NCBI GenBank assembly: GCA_021741585.1
Contig: JAIOXN010000001.1
Span: 609,059 to 673,058, forward strand
Source: Aquiluna sp.
GTDB taxonomy: Bacteria; Actinomycetota; Actinomycetes; Actinomycetales; Microbacteriaceae
DNA: 64,000 nucleotides
Reading direction: 5' to 3'
Position numbers and translations under genes: made by a program. Of this stretch, positions 19,694-28,924 are shown one piece after another; position 1 is the first letter of the stretch; the number at the start of each line of letters is the position of its first letter. Below the pieces are notes generated by a model. The model was not told the DNA's origin. It worked only from the letters and a program-made list of their open reading frames with translations, and made no database searches.

Positions 19694-20596
19694 ATGGCTA
19701 CAAACAGTAAGAAGCTTCACCGGGCAGACCGCGTTTCCGGATTTCTCTATACCTCGCCGTTCTTTTTGATATTTGCTGTCTTCGGAATGTTTCCGATCGT
19801 CTACACCTTCTGGGTCGCTTTCCATAAGTGGGACCCGTTCTCCGAACCAAAGTGGATCGGGCTCGATAACTTCACAAACCTCATGGCCGATGACCGGCTT
19901 TGGCTCGCGGTAAAGAACACATTTAGCATCTGGCTGCTCAGCAGCGTCCCGCAGATCATCTTCGCCTTGTTCTTGGCATGGGTGCTAAACCACTCCCGCA
20001 TTCGCGGAAACACTTTCTGGCGCAGCGTTGTGCTGATCCCAAACATCACATCAGTGGTTGCAGTTGCGGTTGTATTCGGACAACTCTTTGGTCGCGAATA
20101 CGGCATGGTCAACTGGCTACTAACAGTTCTAGGCTTCTCCCCAATCGACTGGGTGAATGGAAGCTTTGCATCACACGTTCTTATTTCGATCATGGTTATC
20201 TGGCGCTGGACCGGATATAACGCACTTATTTATTTGGCAGCTATGCAGGCTGTTCCCGAAGAGCTTTATGAAGCAGCAGAGATTGATGGTGCTTCTAAGT
20301 TCCGCCAGTTCATCTCAGTCACCATTCCGCAGATTCGCCCAACCCTGATCTTCACCATCATCGTTAGCACAATCGGTGGATTGCAGATCTTTGCAGAGCC
20401 ACTGATTTTGGATGGCCAAGGCTACGGCGGTGGCGTGAGCCGCCAGTTCAGCACCGTGACACTGTTCATGTTTGAGCAGGGATTCTCGAGATTCGAGTAC
20501 GGCTACGCATCGGCAATCGCGATCGTGCTGACCGTAATCATCATCAGCATCTCGCTTGTCAACTTCCTAATTGTCCGCAAGATTCAGAAGGCGTAA
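19694..20596 (+). CDS. Carbohydrate ABC transporter permease (MalF/CebF type).
   Basis: EAA-like motif ...AAEIDGASKFRQF...; 6 TM helices. Confidence 0.85.
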   Translation: MATNSKKLHRADRVSGFLYTSPFFLIFAVFGMFPIVYTFWVAFHKWDPFSEPKWIGLDNFTNLMADDRLWLAVKNTFSIWLLSSVPQIIFALFLAWVLNHSRIRGNTFWRSVVLIPNITSVVAVAVVFGQLFGREYGMVNWLLTVLGFSPIDWVNGSFASHVLISIMVIWRWTGYNALIYLAAMQAVPEELYEAAEIDGASKFRQFISVTIPQIRPTLIFTIIVSTIGGLQIFAEPLILDGQGYGGGVSRQFSTVTLFMFEQGFSRFEYGYASAIAIVLTVIIISISLVNFLIVRKIQKA

Positions 20597-20598
20597 TC

Positions 20599-21465
20599 AT
20601 GACTGCAATTGAGGCAAACGTTCACAAGGACCAAAGTTCGCTTGGAACCAGGCGAATCAGAGGTCGGCATTACATCCTTCTGGCGGTTGTTGCGCTACTG
20701 TCCTTCTTCCCCTTCTATTGGATGTTTGTAATTTCATCCAATGACTCATCCGCAATCACCAACATCCCGCCGGTTGTGGTTCCAGGACCAAACTTCCTGA
20801 GATCGCTTGGCATGGTCAATGAGATCATCAACTTCTCGGTTCCACTATTGAACAGCTTGTTTGTGGCATCAGTTGTTGCCCTTAGCCAGGTGTTCTTCAG
20901 CACCTTGGCCGGGTTTGCTTTTGCAAAGCTAAGGTTCCGCGGCAAGGGGCCACTGTTCATTTTCATTCTTGCAACGATGACAGTGCCAACCGGATTGGGA
21001 ATCATCCCTTTCTACTTCCTAATGTCGAACCTGGGCCTAATCAACACTTTGGCATCTGTAATCCTCCCGGGCCTAACAACCGCTTTTGGTGTGTTCTGGA
21101 TGCGACAGACCATTGATGGTGGGGTTCCTGACGAACTGATTGAGGCGGCCAAGATTGATGGCGCTTCAAACTTCAGGATCTACCGCTCTATTGTTCTCCC
21201 AGCGATTAGACCTACTGCAACAGTTCTAGGGCTATTTGGGTTCTTGGCTGCTTGGAATGACTTCATGTGGCCACTGTTGAGCTTGAACTCGCCAGAAAAC
21301 TTCACGGTTCAGGTTGCTGTTCGTCAGCTTAGATCCGCATACTTCATTGATTACTCCCTACAAATGACAGGTGCCTTCTTGGCCACTGTGCCATTGTTAA
21401 TCCTGTTCGCTTTGGTAGCCCGCAGAATGGTTGCCGGAGTTATGGCTGGAGCTATCAAGGGATAG
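20599..21465 (+). CDS. Carbohydrate ABC transporter permease (MalG/CebG type).
   Basis: EAAKIDGASNFRIYRSIVLP motif; 6 TM helices. Confidence 0.85.
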   Translation: MTAIEANVHKDQSSLGTRRIRGRHYILLAVVALLSFFPFYWMFVISSNDSSAITNIPPVVVPGPNFLRSLGMVNEIINFSVPLLNSLFVASVVALSQVFFSTLAGFAFAKLRFRGKGPLFIFILATMTVPTGLGIIPFYFLMSNLGLINTLASVILPGLTTAFGVFWMRQTIDGGVPDELIEAAKIDGASNFRIYRSIVLPAIRPTATVLGLFGFLAAWNDFMWPLLSLNSPENFTVQVAVRQLRSAYFIDYSLQMTGAFLATVPLLILFALVARRMVAGVMAGAIKG

Positions 21466-22519
21466 GTGTCAATTGGATCAAAACGGTAAACGCAAGGCAA
21501 GGGCAACCCTGGTCGAAGTAGCCGAACTCGCATTAGTTTCAAAATCCACGGTTTCCCGAGTCATCAACGAGGATGCCGCTGTATCCGAAGAGGCTAGACA
21601 AAGAGTTCTGGATGCTATTAGAGCAACCGGCTATCGCGTTAACCAAAGCGCAAGGGCGCTTGTTTCAAACAAGACTGGCGCCATTGCCGTCGCAATTTAC
21701 GAACAGCTAGCCACCTATTTCACAAGCTCGTTCTCAGGTGCGATGGTTACTGCTCTGCAGGACTTCTTCTTTGAGAGGGACCTTCAGGTTTTGATTCTGC
21801 CTGCGCCTAACCGCGAGCGTCAAAAGCGCATTGAGAAGTACATCTACGAAGGCCACGTCGATGGAGCAATCCTGCTGGGTCCGGTGAGAGAAGACATCTT
21901 GCTCTCTGACCTACTCAGCGCCCAGGTTCCAATTGTTGTGGGTGGTCGCCCAATCGGCTCAGACTCGGTTTCCTATGTTGACATCGATAATGCCAAAGCC
22001 TCAGAGCTGGCTGTTCAAGAACTTATCCGCAGCGGCCGCAAGACAATTGGTTTCATAACCGGGCAGCTCTCAAACGCCTCCGCCACCGACCGCCTCCGAG
22101 GCTACAAGCTCGCAATTGATGGCTCGGATGCTAGGGATGATGAGACTCTAATCGGCATTGCCGACTGGGGCTATGAGTCTGCAGCGATTGCGACCAGAAA
22201 GCTACTCGAGCTGCACCCGGAGCTAGACGCTATTTTCTGCTCCAATGACCTAATGGCCACAGCCGCCATCGCAGTCATCCGAGACTCTGGGAGAAAGATT
22301 CCAGAAGATATTGCCGTTATTGGTTTTGACGATTCGCCAATAGCACTTAGAACCACTCCTCAACTCACCTCGGTGGCACAGAGCCCCGAGGACTATGCCC
22401 GAGCACTTGGGGAGAATCTGCTCAAGCAAATGTCAGGTGAAGATCTAAGTCCGAAACCTGTAATCCTGCCAACACAAATTGTGTGGCGCGACAGCTTCAA
22501 ACCAGAAAATCATAAATAA
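21431..22519 (+). CDS. LacI-family transcriptional regulator (CebR-like). The start is uncertain; an in-frame TTG at 21473 is likely.
   Basis: HTH ATLVEVAELALVSKSTVSRVIN followed by a periplasmic-binding-fold sugar sensor domain. The first 14 codons of the ORF-track model overlap the preceding permease. Confidence 0.8.
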   Translation: MPELWLELSRDRCQLDQNGKRKARATLVEVAELALVSKSTVSRVINEDAAVSEEARQRVLDAIRATGYRVNQSARALVSNKTGAIAVAIYEQLATYFTSSFSGAMVTALQDFFFERDLQVLILPAPNRERQKRIEKYIYEGHVDGAILLGPVREDILLSDLLSAQVPIVVGGRPIGSDSVSYVDIDNAKASELAVQELIRSGRKTIGFITGQLSNASATDRLRGYKLAIDGSDARDDETLIGIADWGYESAAIATRKLLELHPELDAIFCSNDLMATAAIAVIRDSGRKIPEDIAVIGFDDSPIALRTTPQLTSVAQSPEDYARALGENLLKQMSGEDLSPKPVILPTQIVWRDSFKPENHK

Positions 22520-22527
22520 GGAGAGAA

Positions 22528-23910
22528 ATGAAGTTTCCAGAAAATTTCCTATGGGGTTCTGCGACCTCCTCGTATCAAATCGAGGGTGCAGCAACTCAGG
22601 ATGGAAGAGGGCCTAGCATCTGGGACACTTTCTCTCACACTCCAGGCAAGGTAGTCGGTGGTGACACCGGCGACATCGCCATCGATCACTACAACCGCAT
22701 GCCAGAAGATGTCCAAATCATGAAGGACATGGGACTACAGGCATATCGCTTCTCCATCGCATGGTCCAGAATCATGCCAGAGGGCAAAGGTGCGATTGAG
22801 AAGCGCGGACTCGACTTCTACTCACGTCTAACCGATCAGCTCCTAGAGCAAGGCATCAAGCCACTGCCTACTTTGTATCACTGGGACCTCCCAGAAGCTT
22901 TGGACAAAGAAGGTGGCTGGCTCAACAGAGACACAGCCCAACATTTTGCAGATTATTCAGCGGTCGTTTTCGAGACACTTTCGGACCGCATCGACACCTG
23001 GGCAACCCTAAACGAACCTTGGTGTTCCGCATTCTTGGGCTACGGCGCCGGCATCCACGCGCCAGGCCACCAAAACGCTGCAGAGGCTTTCAAGGCTGCT
23101 CACCACTTGCTATTGGGTCATGGAAAAGCGGTTGAGGCAATGCGCTCAATGAAGCCAGAGCACAAGCTTGGAATCGTTCTAAACCTGGCACCGGTTTACC
23201 TGATCGGTGAAGCACCAGCTGATCACCCAGCCCATCAGGCAATCGCGTTGCAGGATGCAATGCTGAATCGACTCTGGCTAAATTCAATTCTTAGCGGTGA
23301 ATACCCAAGCACTTTGCTGGACCTAGGTTCGGTATTTACTTCCTCTGTCCAAGAAGGCGACCTTGCTCAAATCAGTCGCCCATTGGATTGGTTGGGAGTG
23401 AACTACTACCAAGACTCTCGTTCGGTGCCAGATTTCTCGGGCTCCACCTCCGGGTATATCGACAGCACTGGCAACGGCTCAATGCCAGGCTCGCAGGGAG
23501 TAAAGCCAGCACCTGCAGTTGGTGAAATAACTGATTTCGGTTGGTCAACCACCCCAGATGGCTTGCGAGTTCTTTTGGAGTCGCTAGATCAGGACTATGA
23601 AAACATGCCGCCGATCATGATCACCGAAAACGGCTGTGCATACGATGACCCAATGGTTGATGGTGTCATTGACGATAAGCGCAGAATTGCTTACCTAACA
23701 GATCACCTAAAGGCTGTTTCTGAGGCAATCGAGCAGGGCGTTGACGTTCGTGGATACATGCACTGGTCACTCTTTGACAACTTCGAGTGGGCAGAGGGCT
23801 ACAGCAAGCGTTTCGGCCTAATCCACGTTGATTTTGAAACCCAAAAGAGAACCTTGAGAAACTCTGCAAAGTTGTACAGCAAGATCATTCGGAACAATGG
23901 CGATATCTAA
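22528..23910 (+). CDS. bglB: GH1 beta-glucosidase.
   Basis: Catalytic acid/base TLNEPW and nucleophile ITENG; N-terminal FLWGSATSSYQIEGA. Confidence 0.9.
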   Translation: MKFPENFLWGSATSSYQIEGAATQDGRGPSIWDTFSHTPGKVVGGDTGDIAIDHYNRMPEDVQIMKDMGLQAYRFSIAWSRIMPEGKGAIEKRGLDFYSRLTDQLLEQGIKPLPTLYHWDLPEALDKEGGWLNRDTAQHFADYSAVVFETLSDRIDTWATLNEPWCSAFLGYGAGIHAPGHQNAAEAFKAAHHLLLGHGKAVEAMRSMKPEHKLGIVLNLAPVYLIGEAPADHPAHQAIALQDAMLNRLWLNSILSGEYPSTLLDLGSVFTSSVQEGDLAQISRPLDWLGVNYYQDSRSVPDFSGSTSGYIDSTGNGSMPGSQGVKPAPAVGEITDFGWSTTPDGLRVLLESLDQDYENMPPIMITENGCAYDDPMVDGVIDDKRRIAYLTDHLKAVSEAIEQGVDVRGYMHWSLFDNFEWAEGYSKRFGLIHVDFETQKRTLRNSAKLYSKIIRNNGDI

Positions 23911-24808
23911 GCCAATAGCCATTGCAATCAGCATGCTGATTGCTACATCTACCCTCACAGGATGCGCAATGAGCGAACCAACCGATCCAAACTTGCTTTG
24001 GTCTCAAGAATTTGATGGCGAAGCAGGGTCTGCGTTGGACTCAACCTATTGGACTGCTGAGATTGGTGATGGCGGCTCAAAAGGTATTCCAGGCTGGGGC
24101 AACAGTGAGCGCCAGTATTACCTAGAAGAGGCCGCACGCACCGATGGCGAAGGAAACTTGGTCATCACTGCAACCAAGATGCCGGTTTATAGCAAGGACA
24201 ATCCAGATGGGATGCCAACCGAGGAGAATCCATACCTCTGCTATTACCTAACCGCTTGTGAGTGGACCAGTGCCAGAGTTATTACCGAGAACAAACTTTC
24301 CTTTATGTATGGCCGCATGGAAACCAGAATCAAAATGGGTGGCGGCCAAGGAGCATGGCCTGCATTCTGGATGCTCGGCACAAACATCGAGCAGGTCGGT
24401 TGGCCACAAAGCGGCGAAATCGACATCATCGAGTCTCTTGGACGAGACCCAATGACCGCATATGCAACTTTGCATGGGCCTGGATACTTTGCCGGCCAAG
24501 GCTATGGTGCAACCAGCGCTAGGCCGGATGCCCTGGCCGATGATTTCCACGTTTATGCGATCAACTGGAAACCTGACTACATCGAGTGGGAAATCGATGG
24601 CGAGGTTTTCCACACCGCCACGCCTGAGGATGTAGCTCCCAATGAATGGGTCTACAACCAACCGTTTTACCTCTTGATGAACCTGGCAATGGGCGGTGGC
24701 TTTGGTGGAAACATCGATCCAAAACTTGAGTCTTCACAAATGTCAGTTGATTACATCAGGTACTCAAAATACGAAGGCTTTGGGGAAATTTCCGAGACCT
24801 CGGAGTAA
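23897..24808 (+). CDS. GH16 beta-1,3(-1,4)-glucanase (laminarinase-type) lipoprotein.
   Basis: Lipobox LTGC; GH16 catalytic motif GEIDIIE (ExDxxE). Confidence 0.8.
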   Translation: MAISKPIAIAISMLIATSTLTGCAMSEPTDPNLLWSQEFDGEAGSALDSTYWTAEIGDGGSKGIPGWGNSERQYYLEEAARTDGEGNLVITATKMPVYSKDNPDGMPTEENPYLCYYLTACEWTSARVITENKLSFMYGRMETRIKMGGGQGAWPAFWMLGTNIEQVGWPQSGEIDIIESLGRDPMTAYATLHGPGYFAGQGYGATSARPDALADDFHVYAINWKPDYIEWEIDGEVFHTATPEDVAPNEWVYNQPFYLLMNLAMGGGFGGNIDPKLESSQMSVDYIRYSKYEGFGEISETSE

Positions 24809-24833
24809 TCGCGTTCCGAAAGTTTGGACCAGG

Positions 24834-25277
24834 TCAGGCCAGCTTCAGAGCAATCATCACTTGCCCACCACCAGAGCTGATTTGAGTAGCGAACGAGAGC
24901 TCTGGTGCAAGGCGGGTAAGTCTGTCCAATAGCCAATCCGAGGCCTTATCTGCATCGTTTTGGTCTGGGCAGCGCGCAATGATTTCCCTGCCGCCTTTAT
25001 TGCGAAGTCGCTCTACCGTTTCAAAAATTGGAGATGGGTCAACAACAAGCAAGTCACTCCCCCATGGAACAACCGGGGAGATTTTGCCCTTCATTGTGTT
25101 GCACTGGCGATGAGCTAAACGCTCAACAAAGGCAGCGCCCTTCTTGACCCTGATTGCTCCGTAGCTATCAACACTTGGGCCAAGGTCGTTGTTCACAGAC
25201 ATGTCTGGATCGACGCTTTTATCGCATAACCAACAGGTCCAATTGTCTTGGGTTCCAACTTCGTTCAAATCGCTCAT
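24834..25277 (-). CDS. Hypothetical protein with a degenerate HNH-like zinc-finger core.
   Basis: CWLC ... HRQCNTMKG (a CxxC plus the HxxCNxxKG ending typical of HNH nucleases); 147 aa. No canonical DH dyad. Confidence 0.35.
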   Translation of the reverse strand: MSDLNEVGTQDNWTCWLCDKSVDPDMSVNNDLGPSVDSYGAIRVKKGAAFVERLAHRQCNTMKGKISPVVPWGSDLLVVDPSPIFETVERLRNKGGREIIARCPDQNDADKASDWLLDRLTRLAPELSFATQISSGGGQVMIALKLA

Positions 25278-25357
25278 TAGTGCAGATTACGCCAGGAACG
25301 ACTGATTGCAGCTCAGCTCAAGTAAAGAGTTCACCTTCGCTGGTTAGACTCGGTTAA

Positions 25358-26215
25358 ATGAGTGCGATTTTGGTGGAAAACCTCAGAAAAACCTACGGGA
25401 AATCAGACGCAGTCTCTGAGGTCTCTTTTGATGTTCAACAGGGTGAGACTTTTGTGTTGCTTGGACCAAATGGCGCTGGAAAGTCAACAACCATTGAAAT
25501 TCTTGAAGGACTCAGAGTTAGAACTTCGGGGGATGTCAGAGTTCTTGGCCATGATCCGCAGCAGCTTAGCCGCGACTTCAAGTCACGCATCGGAATCGTT
25601 CAGCAATCCGCCGGTGACCTGGGAAGGCTTTCGGTTCGAGACATAGTCACTCACTTTGCCTCGCTCTATCCAAACCCAAGATCAATTGACGAGGTAATCG
25701 CTGCAGTTGGCCTCGAGGGCAAAGCATCCGAGCCTGTCAAGAAGCTCTCTGGTGGCCAGGCCCACCGAGTCGATGTCGCACTTGGCTTGATTGGCAATCC
25801 AGAGGTTCTATTTCTGGATGAGCCGACAACTGGCTTCGACCCTGAAGTTCGCAGAGCATTTTGGGAGGTAATACGTGGCCTCCAGAACGAGGGGATGACA
25901 ATCATGCTCACCACTCATTACCTAGATGAAGCAGAAGAACTAGGGCATCGTGGTGGCGTGATAGTAGACGGCAAGCTAGTAGCCCTTGGAAACATTGAAG
26001 AACTTGGCGGGAAAGAATCCAGAACCCCGGTTGTGACATGGACCGAAAACGGTGAGGAACAGAACCACAAAACCACAAGCCCAGCCTGGTTTATCGGCGA
26101 ACTTTCTCAAAGACTCCAGGCTGAGCCTCAAAACCTCCAAATCCGGGTTCCATCTCTTGAAACCGTATATCTCGAACTTGTGAATCAGCACAGAGGGGCA
26201 AACCATGCAGACTAA
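25358..26215 (+). CDS. ABC transporter ATP-binding protein (ABC-2/DrrA-like).
   Basis: Walker A GPNGAGKST, signature LSGGQ, Walker B LFLDEPT. Confidence 0.85.
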   Translation: MSAILVENLRKTYGKSDAVSEVSFDVQQGETFVLLGPNGAGKSTTIEILEGLRVRTSGDVRVLGHDPQQLSRDFKSRIGIVQQSAGDLGRLSVRDIVTHFASLYPNPRSIDEVIAAVGLEGKASEPVKKLSGGQAHRVDVALGLIGNPEVLFLDEPTTGFDPEVRRAFWEVIRGLQNEGMTIMLTTHYLDEAEELGHRGGVIVDGKLVALGNIEELGGKESRTPVVTWTENGEEQNHKTTSPAWFIGELSQRLQAEPQNLQIRVPSLETVYLELVNQHRGANHAD

Positions 26216-27023
26216 ACTCCCCGGCACATTAGAAGTGGGCTTCAAAAGAATTGGATACGAACTAAAGAACTATTTGCGGACGCCTGACGCACTTTTTTTC
26301 AACTTCTTCTTTCCCATTCTTATGTTGGTGATCTTTACAGTCGCGTTCTCCCAAGGTGAGCTTGATTTTCCTGGGCTCGACAGAACTCTGGTTTCCGCAG
26401 ATTTCTATTTGCCTGCAATGCTGGCGATGGGGGTATTGGTTTCTGGAACCCAAAACTTAGGAATTGACATTGCAATTGAGCGACACGATGGTACTCTCAG
26501 ACGGCTGTCCGGAACCCCAATCTCTGTTGTCTCCTATTTCATTGGGAAGTTTGGCCAGGTTCTAATCTCAGGCACCGCTCAGGCGTTGTTTCTGATTGCC
26601 GTTGCCAAGTTTGGTTTTGGAGCAAATCTTCCGACTACGGCTGAGGCTTGGCTAACGGTGGCCTGGGTTTTCTATCTTGGCTTGATCGCAACCAGCGTCC
26701 TTGGAATCGCAATCAGTTCACTCCCTAGAAGTGCAAAGAGTGCGAATAGCGTGATATTGCCTCCTGTGCTCATTTTGCAATTCATCTCAGGGGTTTATCT
26801 CGCCTTTGCGGATTTGCCAGGTTGGTTGCAAAACATTGCCAGTATTTTTCCGCTCAAATGGATTGCACAAGGATTTAGAGCCACATTCTTTCCCGATGAA
26901 TTCAAGGTGGCTGAACTAGGCGGAGCCTGGAATCTAGATCAAGTTGCTATTGCCCTCGGGATTTGGGTTGTGATTGGAACCACAGCTACTTTGCTTAGTT
27001 TCAGGTGGACAAGAAGGGCGTAA
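26205..27023 (+). CDS. ABC-2 family transporter permease.
   Basis: 6 TM helices; ABC-2 type; overlaps the ATPase gene by 11 nt, consistent with one operon. Confidence 0.75.
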   Translation: MQTKLPGTLEVGFKRIGYELKNYLRTPDALFFNFFFPILMLVIFTVAFSQGELDFPGLDRTLVSADFYLPAMLAMGVLVSGTQNLGIDIAIERHDGTLRRLSGTPISVVSYFIGKFGQVLISGTAQALFLIAVAKFGFGANLPTTAEAWLTVAWVFYLGLIATSVLGIAISSLPRSAKSANSVILPPVLILQFISGVYLAFADLPGWLQNIASIFPLKWIAQGFRATFFPDEFKVAELGGAWNLDQVAIALGIWVVIGTTATLLSFRWTRRA

Positions 27024-27072
27024 GCCTAGACTTGCACCGAACAGTTTTTGATAAAAAAGAATAAGGACGAAG

Positions 27073-28464
27073 ATGTTCCCAAAGGATTTCACCTGGGGTG
27101 TTGCAACCTCTAGCTACCAAATTGAGGGTGCCGCATATGAAGACGGCAAAGGCAAGTCGATCTGGGACACATTCTGTGAAGAGCCCGGCCGAGTAAACAA
27201 CAGCGATAACGGCTTAGTGGCAAACGATCACTATCACCGCTACCCCGAAGATGTCGCCCTAATGAAGTCAGTTGGTGCGAAGGCCTATCGATTCTCAATC
27301 TCTTGGCCAAGACTTTTCCCAAACGGAGACCAGGTCCGCGAAGAGCGTGGGTTTGCCTTCTATCACAAGCTCCTTGATGAGCTTGATGCGGCTGGCATTG
27401 AGCCAGTGCTAACCCTCTACCACTGGGATCTGCCTCAAGCACTGCAAGATAAAGGCGGCTGGGCAAACCGAGACATCGTCAAGGCTTTCGAGTATTACGC
27501 TCAAGAAGTTGCCAAGGAATTTGGAGCCAGAGTAAAGCGATTCTCCCCAATCAATGAACCTTGGGTTGTTTCATGGCTTGGCTACGGAATGGGAGTCCAT
27601 GCTCCTGGAATTCAAGATATCGGCCAAGCTGTTGCCGCCTCTCACCACACGGTTATGGCACACAATGCAGCTCTGAGGGCAATCAAGTCGATCGCGCCAA
27701 CCGCACTGGTTGGTCCAGTTTTGAATCAGGCCATGCCAGATGTTGACGACGTATTTGATCCTGAGCAGATGCAAGCTGCAAAAGTGATGGATGCTCAGCA
27801 AAACCTGTTCTGGATGGAAGGAATCTTCCGTGGCGAGTACCCGCAACTGATTTGGGATATCTATGGAGACCACCTAAAGAAGGTAGTTCAGCCTGGAGAT
27901 CTTGATGTGGCTGAAAATGACTGGCTTGGAATCAATTTCTATTTCAATTCTCGCATTGGGCACAAGGTTCCAAAGGACCACTTCTCAAGGGCACGAGTGA
28001 TTGACCAGCTTATGGATTACGCAGTTGAAGGCCAATCAATGGGTCCACTGACAGACATGGGCTGGCCAGTAACGCCATATGGCATCGGTGACCTGCTTGT
28101 TCGCTGGACCAGGGAATACGGCGCACAAGTGCCACAGATGTTTATCACCGAGAACGGTTGCGCCTATGAGGTTGGGCCGGATACATCAGGCCAGGTTCAC
28201 GACACCGATCGAATTTCTTACCTCAATGACCACCTTTTGAGCGTTGCAGATGCAATTGCACGAGGTGCAGATGTTGGTGGATATTTCCAGTGGTCGTTGA
28301 TGGACAACTTTGAGTGGGCCGAAGGCTACTCAAAGCGCTTTGGAATTGTCTATGTGGACTTTGATACCCAGGAGAGAATTCCAAAGGAATCTGCGAAGTT
28401 CTACTCGAAAGTTATCGAAACTCAGGGTGCGAATCTCACAAGGAGACAAACCCTAGTTTCCTAG
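27073..28464 (+). CDS. GH1 beta-glucosidase, second paralog.
   Basis: FTWGVATSSYQIEGAA; INEPW; ITENGCAY. Confidence 0.9.
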   Translation: MFPKDFTWGVATSSYQIEGAAYEDGKGKSIWDTFCEEPGRVNNSDNGLVANDHYHRYPEDVALMKSVGAKAYRFSISWPRLFPNGDQVREERGFAFYHKLLDELDAAGIEPVLTLYHWDLPQALQDKGGWANRDIVKAFEYYAQEVAKEFGARVKRFSPINEPWVVSWLGYGMGVHAPGIQDIGQAVAASHHTVMAHNAALRAIKSIAPTALVGPVLNQAMPDVDDVFDPEQMQAAKVMDAQQNLFWMEGIFRGEYPQLIWDIYGDHLKKVVQPGDLDVAENDWLGINFYFNSRIGHKVPKDHFSRARVIDQLMDYAVEGQSMGPLTDMGWPVTPYGIGDLLVRWTREYGAQVPQMFITENGCAYEVGPDTSGQVHDTDRISYLNDHLLSVADAIARGADVGGYFQWSLMDNFEWAEGYSKRFGIVYVDFDTQERIPKESAKFYSKVIETQGANLTRRQTLVS

Positions 28465-28890
28465 TTGGGAAATAATCTTTTCGATTCTGGATTGCTTGGT
28501 TGCTGAGGCTTTGGCCTCAGTCACCTGCCTTGCAATTTCTTTGCGCTTTGAATAGCTAAGAGACTCGAAGGTTTCTTTCACCCCGGCACCAATAAGTGCG
28601 GTGATTAGATCTTGAGGCATGTCAACTTCGCGTCGTCCCACTTCTAATTCAAGGTAAACCTCGACCTCGTCACCAGCTTCAACCCCGGCCTGGTCACGGT
28701 TTGCTCTTGGAAATACGACGTGACACTCGCCATTTACACCAGTTGCGGTGCTTTGGTAGGTATGACCGTTTATTGTCACCTTTAGCGCTGCGCGCCGATT
28801 AGCACCTAATTCAGCCAAGACCTCGTCTGGAATATGCAGCGAGGCGTGAGGGCCATTGCCCACTACAACCGTCAGGTAACTAACGCCCAT
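28453..28890 (-). CDS. DUF1905 / YdeI-OmpD-associated family protein.
   Basis: 145 aa; N-terminal beta-rich DUF1905-like region and C-terminal KRKEIARQV...RIEKII helix typical of YdeI-like proteins. Confidence 0.45.
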   Translation of the reverse strand: MGVSYLTVVVGNGPHASLHIPDEVLAELGANRRAALKVTINGHTYQSTATGVNGECHVVFPRANRDQAGVEAGDEVEVYLELEVGRREVDMPQDLITALIGAGVKETFESLSYSKRKEIARQVTEAKASATKQSRIEKIISQLGN

Positions 28891-28924
28891 TGCTAATTGC
28901 TCCGTGATTGAGGTTGCCGCTTAG

